Shown: in pieces, positions 55,161 through 64,000 of the stretch | Numbering within the stretch: position 1 is the first letter of the stretch | Layout: the number at the start of each line of letters is the position of its first letter | Assembly (NCBI GenBank): GCA_964035545.1 | Contig: OZ037766.1 | Span: 8,732,722 to 8,796,721, forward strand | DNA: 64,000 bases | Origin: Bugula neritina | Taxonomy: Eukaryota; Animalia; Bryozoa | Direction: 5' to 3' | Translations under genes and position numbers: made by a program | The notes under the pieces: generated by a model | Database searches by the model: none | What the model was told of the DNA's origin: nothing | The model's input: the letters and a program-made list of their open reading frames with translations, nothing else

Positions 55161-56984
55161 CAAGTAACTATAATATTTATTATAGGTAAACAAAAATTAA
55201 ATGCAATTACTAATTAGTATTACATTTTTGTTTGCAAATGAAATTACAATTAATGAATGTAACATTGTGGTAAACATTATGTTTTGTTGAACTTGATGGT
55301 TACTCTGTTGACGATGCCCAAGAACATGTCTTTGCTTTGCAAGATTTAATTGCTGATTTTCTTCATCTAAGGCTTTATATCAGCATACATTGCTAATGCA
55401 TCACTAAAGAAAGCCTTCTATCAATGGGTGTTGGATTTAAGAAGTTAAATAGTAATTAAAACTTGTTAATGTCACTAGGAACAAACCCAATAACTTGCAG
55501 GTGTACTAAGCCTGTGTGCTCTAACCTCTACATAGCTAACCCAAAAGCCTATATCAATAACGCCAAATTCAAATGGTGTGGCAAATTTTACTATTTCAAC
55601 ATAAATTGAATTGTTCTATAAGCTGCTCAAATAAATTGTATTTATTTTCAGACTATGTTAATCCACCTTGTACAATTATTTACAGATGAGTCGAACTTCT
55701 AGTGCAGAAATATTTATGATGTGTACAACAGTAGATCATCTTAATCTTTCATCCAAAGTGAACCGGCCAGTCGGTGTGGTTGTGTGCGGTGGATGTGATC
55801 TGGGGGGGGGGACCAAACTCTCTACCATCTTGCAGAAGTTCTTGTGCATCCAGTACAGTTTGACAAGCAATTGGCTAAACTTGCAAACGGCTCTGATCAC
55901 CTTGTTTATTGGCTAGATCCTCATCCGAGGCCTATATAAAGAAGCTATTCGAGCTGGTGAAAGGTTTATGTGTACCTAACACTGCATTCAACAGTCAATG
56001 CTTTTGATTGTACCTTTTTGTTTTATCGTTTTTTGTTAATATTTAATACACAGTAAATTATTTTTTATGCATATTTAATGCTACATTGCATCAAATTTTC
56101 TCTTAATATTTTTGTTTTCAGTCAACTCTTGTTTAAAGACAATCAGTGATTTTTTAAAATATTAGTTAGGAATATAAAGTTGCATTTTATTGCAGAACAA
56201 TATTTTAGTTTTCTTTATTTATACATATTTACAGTAAGCAGCTAGATGTTGCTTTAATAATTTGATAGATAAAAAAACAATTTTTTTATCAGTGAATATT
56301 GCAACAACATGCATTATGCAACAACAAATATCATTAGTCTTCATATATTGATCAGTGGTGTGGTTTAAAGTTCTTCCATTTTTTAAGTTGGTTGCTTCTT
56401 TATCTGTAATGGGGCTTTTTCTAGTTTTACTTGAGTCTGGTCTCTGGTGCCTGGGCAAGTCCTACAACAACCGGAAACTAATCAACATAAGTCAAACCGG
56501 GTTCGGTTATAACAGCCGAACATTTAAATATATTAATTTAAGTGGGTCCGGTTATAATGCTATTTTCTTACATGGGTTGGGTGGCTATGCGTGCACTCGT
56601 ATAAATTATAGATTAAAGTGGGCTAAATAAGCTGGCTTTACCGTGCGTAGGGCGGTATTCATGCGTCCCGTGAATTCATTGCCTCAGTCTTTAGGTTCAT
56701 TTTCTTTTCCGGTTACACGGTACCTGTGACCAATTAGTATGTGGTTGAGTTTGACATTTGTGGTTTTGTAAACTGAAAATATTGATATTGTTCATATGAT
56801 TTGGCATAGATAAAAACATTTGTGTATTCAAATAAGGCATGCTACTTTCAATCTAATTCACTTTCAACACCGTGCCATCAACTGCGAAAGAATCTTATAC
56901 CGTACTACTAATAGTCTATTGACTAGACGACAGCGATTTTGAATACAGAATCACAGAGCGGGGATGATTATCAGATTTACTTTC

Positions 56985-57290
56985 AAGTACTAGTAGTAGT
57001 ACCTATACACTGTGACTGTACAGTAGACTAGTACTAGTAGTACTAGTAGTAGTGACAGCACAGGCACTTGGATTTGGAGTTAGTTATACACTTCCAGTTA
57101 AACTTAAAGTTAATCACTTAATGTTATACTTATTGTTGAATATTTACCAAACACTGAAACAGGTATTATGACACTGGCAGTTTACTAGCAGTTGCTGCTT
57201 AAAATTTGTGCTTCTAATCTCAAAACTAGTATTTGCAAGTTGGTAAAGTTACTACTAGTACTAATCAGTGATACTAATAATTACAGGTTG
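56985..57290. repeat. 3/6-periodic tract without an identified host gene (orphan 2)
   Basis: AGT ACT AGT AGT AGT ACC and ACT AGT ACT AGT AGT ACT AGT AGT AGT, following a CpG-enriched patch at 56480-56965. Confidence 0.75.
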
Positions 57291-57959
57291 ATAATTATCG
57301 GTCATATTTCCTTAGAGAAGCCAAGGTTTGTTGATATGTCCTTGACCTTTAAATATTGACTCTTTTAATATTGCAGCATCACTTCTAGAGTTGTCTTTTC
57401 CTTTTCTATAAGCTCTCGGCAACAATGTTAGGAGAGTTTTTCATTTATAGATTCAGTAATCATGGTTTTAACACTTGTTGAGTGTGTTGTGTTAGAGAAG
57501 CAGCAAGAGAATGTTTTTGCTGCGTTTGTTACATTGCTCTAGACCGATTTTATTTTATATGAATGTTTTCATGCTCAAAACATGATGCATCATCCATTAT
57601 GTTGCTGACATGGCTTCATTCTTGAAATGAGCAAAATAGCTTTATATTATTAGGTTATTACCTAATAATTACTAAAACATTACAATGGTTATCAATACAT
57701 ACCACATAATAAAGCTATATACTAAATTTCTATAACACTTCACAGCCTGCACTACACTATACTTCATTACTTTCAACTACTGCACACAATACTATCTACA
57801 ACATGTGCTACTATTTATATTTGATAGTAGCCCTATATATACCACACTAATTACTAGATATGCATTTTGTATCATTACCGGTAATCGGTTTCATGCTGCT
57901 GCCCTTTTTAAACAGTAACACTTTGCAGTTGAATACTTTCCCTATTGAACAGTGTAGAT

Positions 57960-58400
57960 ATCATAAAATATGCCTGTACAGAGCTGAAGTATGTATCTTG
58001 CTATATAAAAGTGAATCATGAGTTGCTTACAAACACTACACTTGAGTTTCGATGCACTTCCATCGACACTGTCTCCAAACAAAAGGGTGGAAACATGTCC
58101 CTCGCACCACTGCGCAAAAAAAGTCAAATTATATTAGCACCGAGTCACTGCTGCTAAAAAATGAACTTTGGTGGGTAATGTTTCCAGGATAGAGCATGAA
58201 TGTTTACCAAAAAGGGTGCTGTTTGGTAAATTGTGTGATTACCAACAGAACATGAGTAATTGCCTGTAAAAAGACTGATTCAAATTATGTTCTTTGAAGC
58301 AACTAAGTGCACATCTCAGCAACTGGCCAGAACTCAATTTTGACCTTTTCACTTGATGAGCAACCTTTCAATACATTGACAGCATTTGAGGCAGACTTTA
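57960..58400 (+). mobile_element. Decayed RTE-clade LINE ORF2 C-terminal fragment
   Basis: Frameshifted pieces KICLYRAEVCILLYKSES, HFHRHCLQ, STESLLLKNELWW and NVSRIEHECLPKRVLFGKL follow the RTE/BovB consensus order (YRAVV..LLYG.E.W, FH.RCLR, LRW.GHV.RM...RLPK...YGEL). Confidence 0.75.
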
Positions 58401-59173
58401 AAAAGAGTATTGGACAAATTAAAAACCAAGGCACTTGCTGAAAGGCTTAAACTTTTTGCTCTCTTGTTTATTTCTTCTGCTGATTTTTATACTGCTTATA
58501 CACCTTTTGGGTGTTTTTGTGTGCTTTCTTGCATATGATTTGTCATCTTCACTTACTAGCTCTTGCCTTACTTGAATATTCCACAAATTACATTAGCTAA
58601 TGCAATGTATGTAGCTGATGGTAATTCTGCATGGAATTTTGTACAAAAATATGTGTCTGCCTGAAAAATATACCTAGATCAACTTTACTTGATGTTGGTG
58701 CCACAAGTTTTATTATTTCAATTAATCCAACTAGAGAATTTTAGAGTCTGCCCATGTAATAACTTTAATGCGTTTTACTATAAACATGTATATATAATGT
58801 CATGAGACAAACTTCTGAAATAAATCACCAATTTAATTTTGTATAATCATTCATATATCTTCTGCCAATTTTTTAGTAAAAAAATAATAAAATTCCAGTA
58901 GTCTGCTATAATTGAGAAATTTTAAAAAACAATAATACAGAAATGATTTTAATAAATGAATAAGCCATCTATAAAAATAAAAAAATTCGTAACAGTCCTG
59001 ATTATAACTGTGAGAGGAAGATATACTGGAACTACATAAGAACTTGGAAGCAAGCACCCAATACTTTTCAACACAGTCTTGCTTTAAAGTGTTCTCTTTC
59101 ATAGCAAATAAAAACTTTGTACAAAATAAATAACATGGATAAATGCTTCATTAAAGAAAATAAATTGCTAAAA

Positions 59174-62100
59174 TTACTTGGTCTCAATTGTAGTTGTTAG
59201 AAGATTTTGATCGTTTTGTGATCCCTTTTGAAAATCTGAAACAAAGTCATGCAGATTCCTTGCAAGCTCTAAAACTTCTGAACAACTTGTATCTTCACTT
59301 TGCATAGATAGTCTGACAATGCACTCGTACACTCCATCTCTTGTCAACATCGGCACATACTTACTGGCTGCAAACATTAAAGGTCTTTTTATCAATTTTA
59401 ACATAACCCAAGAGTTATTGTAACTGTCTGCAAGTTAATAATTAGGCACATTAATTTTCTTGCCAAGATATACACATGTTATAAAAATTGAAATTTTTAT
59501 AGCTTTCCTGACAGACTGCTTCATAAAATAAAATATTATTCATTTGCTACTTTTCTTTTTTAATTGTATTAAGAATTTTGTGATTAAAACACCATTGCCT
59601 CTTATAGAAACCTAGTTTACATGAAATAAGATATTTACAATTGTCTATAAGCTGCTACAACACTTACGATCTTTAGTACAGACGTGATGAACAGCCCACA
59701 GGGCCCAGTATTGAGAGGCAAGAGATGTGAAAGAATTCAAAAGAGGAATAAAAGGACGGAAGCACCTGTAAGCTACCATAGCAGTTTCCGGATGGTGCCA
59801 ATGAGATATAGCCGTAATCTGCAAACAACCAATTAGCTTTATTTATTGACATTGCAACATCTTTGCCCACAAATATTGGCCAATGATAACTTACTGAGTG
59901 GACAGATATAATATTGATTTTTTTTAAAGCAGTTTGATAAATAATTAATTTGGCTCCAAGCAAAACTAGGCACCAATTTTTAAATATACATAATAATACA
60001 TAAATTATACATAATCTAAACAAGTTTTCTTAATTGATTTTTTCAAATAGAAGTAGTTATGACTAACTTCATTATATAAACTTTATACTTTTAGCATATG
60101 AATTGAATAAAATAATTAATATACAGAAAGTAATGTCTATGTCAATAATTTATTGTAACTTTTTCAAACCTCAAACATAATTTAATTCACCAAATAAAAG
60201 TTAATTAAAGAAAAGTAATTTCAATATAACTTTTAATCCTGAATCGTTTTTCCAAAAAAATAATTCTATTTCAAACAAAAACTTCAGAGACTATAAACAA
60301 AGAAAAGATGAAACTCAAGATGTACAGTACACTAGCTATAAATTCTCTACACGTAAATCAATCTTATGTACATTATGTACTTGCAACTATCACCACTAAT
60401 CATATGAAATAATAGCTATGTTTCTGAAACGTAACTATAATTTAAAACAATAAACAAATGCTTATAGTTACCACTTCAGATTCAGTACTTCTATATTCAG
60501 CCACCAGGTCATCCCATGCTGCATTAGTAGAATCAGAAAGAAGATTAGCAAGTATACCTCCAGAGAAGTAACGCTGTTCACTGCTATCACTCTTCAGAGA
60601 GTTTCTACAACACATTTGGCATATGTCAGCAAAGCTGAGCTACGCTATGTAACAGATAACTCCGTAATGCTAACTGTTAGTTACTATTATTTTCCTGACG
60701 CCACCAAAAACTGTTGGATGATTTGATGCATTGCCTTAGCAGATCAAGAGAACATGCTACGTTATCACCACCAAACCACACTCTTACTTATAGGCTACAG
60801 TCTACACCCTCGTCTGCTACGCTACAGCTACTTTTTAGTTATTTATGGTTGTGCCTAATATGAGAACTTTCATAAAATAAAAAAATATATTAATACAATA
60901 AAGACGTATTGGTCATGGGAATTCTTATTATGTACCTCATCATATCAATGAACCTTCTTGTAATCAATATTCCTCGTAACTCTTTTACTTCAGCAATGTT
61001 ATTCTATATAAAAAAAGGAAAATACATAAAACTGAAAACTATTTACATGTTGATAAAAAAAATAAAATTGTCAATGAGAAACTTATTTTTCCTAATTTAT
61101 GCATTGCAAATGTTTATAGCCAATAAATATAATGCAACATGGAGTTAGCAAATAACTTAACACTTCACATTGCACAAACCGAAAGTACCACAAAAGAACT
61201 TCATACAAGTAACTGTTTATGATGCAGCAACATAAAAAATGCAGTTAGTAATTTTTTCATCATACGAAGCGTATGTAATGCTTGACATTTATGGCATACT
61301 TTATGTAATAACGTACCAATAAGCCAACAACTTTGGTTTGAATTTGGACTTTAGCTTCTACATCACCAATATCTTCATATTTCTGTATACATAAGTTACA
61401 TAATGCATGAGTGATGATACAAATTGCATATTCATAACAAAATGTTTAAATGCTGCTAGAGCTAAATATTTAAACAAAACGAAATAAGTTTATAATTATT
61501 ATAAACAACCAGAGCCAAATTTAAACACGATTTGCTTTTTTAGCATACAACACTATATAGTTGCTGAAGTTATAATTATTGGTAATCTGTAGCAACTGTT
61601 GACGTACATTCAGACAATCCATGACTAAGGAAATGCCATCCAGCTCAGTGAAAGTCTGACAAGCAACTGGGGACTCGTCAGTCAAATTCCAGAGAGCAGA
61701 GAGAGCGAACTTCATAATACAATCTGTAGACCGTTGCATCAACTTGTCTCTTGTAATCTCTAGAAGTCTCGTCATATACTGCCTGTTAGATGCTAAGGAG
61801 CTCGTCTGCTCAGTGGTGATCTAGATAATTGTGCAATATTGAGTAAATATGATGCTTTAGTGAGGTAAATCAGTAAAAAGATAATAACAAAAGTGAGTTA
61901 ACAAGCACAGTGAATAAATTATAGTTATATAGATGAATATATTTAATATATGTAATTTGTATTAAATAAACAAACGTTTCTAATAAATGAAGTCAGTTAA
62001 TATAGTCATTCAGTTTTCATCATATAAGAAACATAAACATATTTAAATTCCAAAAAGCTAATCAAAGAAAAAAGACTAAAATTTTGCTGCAGGCCAGGCA

Positions 62101-64000
62101 TTCCACGGTTTATATGTGAACAGTGCGATTCTAAATACTGTTTATAGAACTCAGGTGCAAAAATAAATTATAGTAAAAATCTATTATGAACATAAATACC
62201 CTTGCAGCAAGAATAGATACAATGGCCAACACCATTCTAACAATACTTGTGTCTTCAAATTTGCACAGGCATTCCATTACCAGTTTAGCACATCTGTATT
62301 TATCAAAATTCTAAAAAAACAAACGATTAGACTTGAGAATGAAAATGTTATTTTTTATACTCAAATAAATAAAACCAAAAGTAAAAGTATATTGACAAGA
62401 AATTTTAATCGCAAAACACAAGAAACTATTTTTATAGTAAACTAAAATATGATAGCAAGAAATGATATTCAAAAAGTTTTTTTATTCAAGCTGAAGTGGT
62501 AGAGTAACAAATGATGAGAAATAGATAGGGACAGGAGATGATAAGAAAGAGCTAGAAGTAACTGCTGCAACGACCAGCAGCTTTTGATAGACTTGATTTG
62601 AAGAGAGGTGCTAGTCACTTGGTATTACATGTATGAATTGTTGTGTAGTAAAGAAATACAACTTGATGTAAAGAGAAAACCAATCTTTTTCTATGCATGC
62701 TGGAGACGGTGGCGCAAAAACCAAACTGTTATACAAACTGAAAATGAAAAATAACTTCAGCTCACTTAAATACTTATCAGCCACACCATACAATGAGCAG
62801 TTTTTAAAGTATTTCTTGTAATTACAAAATATTTGAAAAATGCAATATTGATAATTTAATATAATTATCAATTATGACTGTGTTGGTTGTAAAATTTCAA
62901 AAGAACAAATTTTCTGCATTTATTTATTTAAATTTTACAAATTAATAAAAAGCAAAAATGAGATCATGAAAATATGCTTGTTACAAATTTGTACTTCTAT
63001 TGCTGTAAAAGGAGACAACTTCTATAAATCCAAATGGACAACATTTTAAAAAGATTTATCCCTTTACTATATTTGCACTACTTACCACGTCTACAAGCAT
63101 TTTGTCTGTACAAAGAATAAGGAGGCAGTTTCTCTGTAACTACAATCAAGTAGTATATTAATCATTATCCAAAGTCCTTAAAGCAAGCATTGCAAGCCCA
63201 ACATAGTCTACCATCAATAAAACCAGAGCACTCGACTCAATAAGATTGAGTATCATTTTAGAAAAGCATATTCTCTGCAGTACTTATAAAATATTTTTTA
63301 CCCTAACTTTGCATTAACATGATTAGAATATGTTAGAAAAGTAATTTTTGTCAGAACAGCTATGTAAAAATAATTTTAATTTTAGACATTGCCTAAAGCA
63401 TCTTCATTAGGCAATTATATAACAGTATTATGGTATATGCTGAGCTACAGAGGTTGGTAGTGACAAATCAAACTCATACTGTCATAAAAAATTCTTAGCG
63501 AGAAAAAAAAATGAAGATAAGTTCAACAACGACCTATGTCAGTTAGAGTCAATTCTTTGATACAAAGTAATAGTGTCAATATTATCCATATGGACTTAAT
63601 ACAAGTTGGTTGGTCACTAGGTCTATGTATTCAAAATTCATATTCATCAATGAATAATGAAAAATACAACAGGACAGTCAAACTTAATTACAATAGCTAC
63701 CAAGCTGATAAATTTATAATGGAATACTATATTTAAATTGAGTATTTTACTTTTAAAAACAGCTAATTTTATATCAATCCTTGCAATTTAAAAAATGGTC
63801 AATTATGTAACATTAAGAAGTGCAACTGACCTGTTCATTGCTGGGATACTTGGCCATACTTTCTAGTATATGGTGAACAGCGAGTCTCATACTATCAGGG
63901 TGTATGCGAGTCCCTGACTCCTCTCTCGTCAGGTTATACAAGCATGCTGTGCTAGCCATCTGTACAGTCACATGATCAATATTCTTAGACATGGTTTCCA
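59174..64000 (-). CDS. ZYG11: ZYG11-family CRL2 substrate receptor, 3' part; exons >64000-63831, 63139-63086, 62310-62200, 61820-61608, 61382-61317, 61003-60936, 60604-60472, 59818-59668, 59367-59174
   Basis: ARM-repeat motifs ACLYNLT, LQRNCLL, KFALSALWNLTDESP, GLLNNIAEV, YFSGGILA and MVAYRCFRPF...WALWAVHHVC match ZYG11B rather than ZER1. Phases are consistent. Confidence 0.92.
60648..60826. mobile_element. Candidate 179-bp solo LTR in a ZYG11 intron
   Basis: Starts TGTA and ends TACA, flanked by GCTA on both sides (60644-60647, 60827-60830). More CpG-rich than the flanking intron. Confidence 0.5.

Noticed and set aside
62491-62735. Second solo-LTR-like segment in a ZYG11 intron
   Set aside because: No matching TSD or clear TG start could be identified.

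Overview
AT-rich, intron-containing genomic DNA of an invertebrate animal (standard code; every intron I reconstructed is GT-AG). It is a compact block of housekeeping genes whose exon chains I rebuilt by hand with consistent reading phases: ATP6AP1 (3' part), an orphan tail-anchored coiled-coil gene, a tentative small Cys-containing gene, SDHAF2, RPL19, POLG2, KDELR, ADISSP/C20orf27, SLC25A46, a LIM-containing RASSF2/4-type gene and ZYG11 (3' part). It also holds MITEs, LINE and RTE remnants, a candidate solo LTR and (TA)n microsatellites. The most unusual signal is a non-coding tract of about 300-800 bp with 3/6-nt periodicity (ACT/AGT/AAT/CAT/GAT triplets). It lies in the first intron just downstream of each recognisable housekeeping promoter (weakly in RPL19) and is absent from internal introns. 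Two further tracts with no recognisable gene predict unannotated promoters. Gene names come from recalled protein motifs, not database searches.
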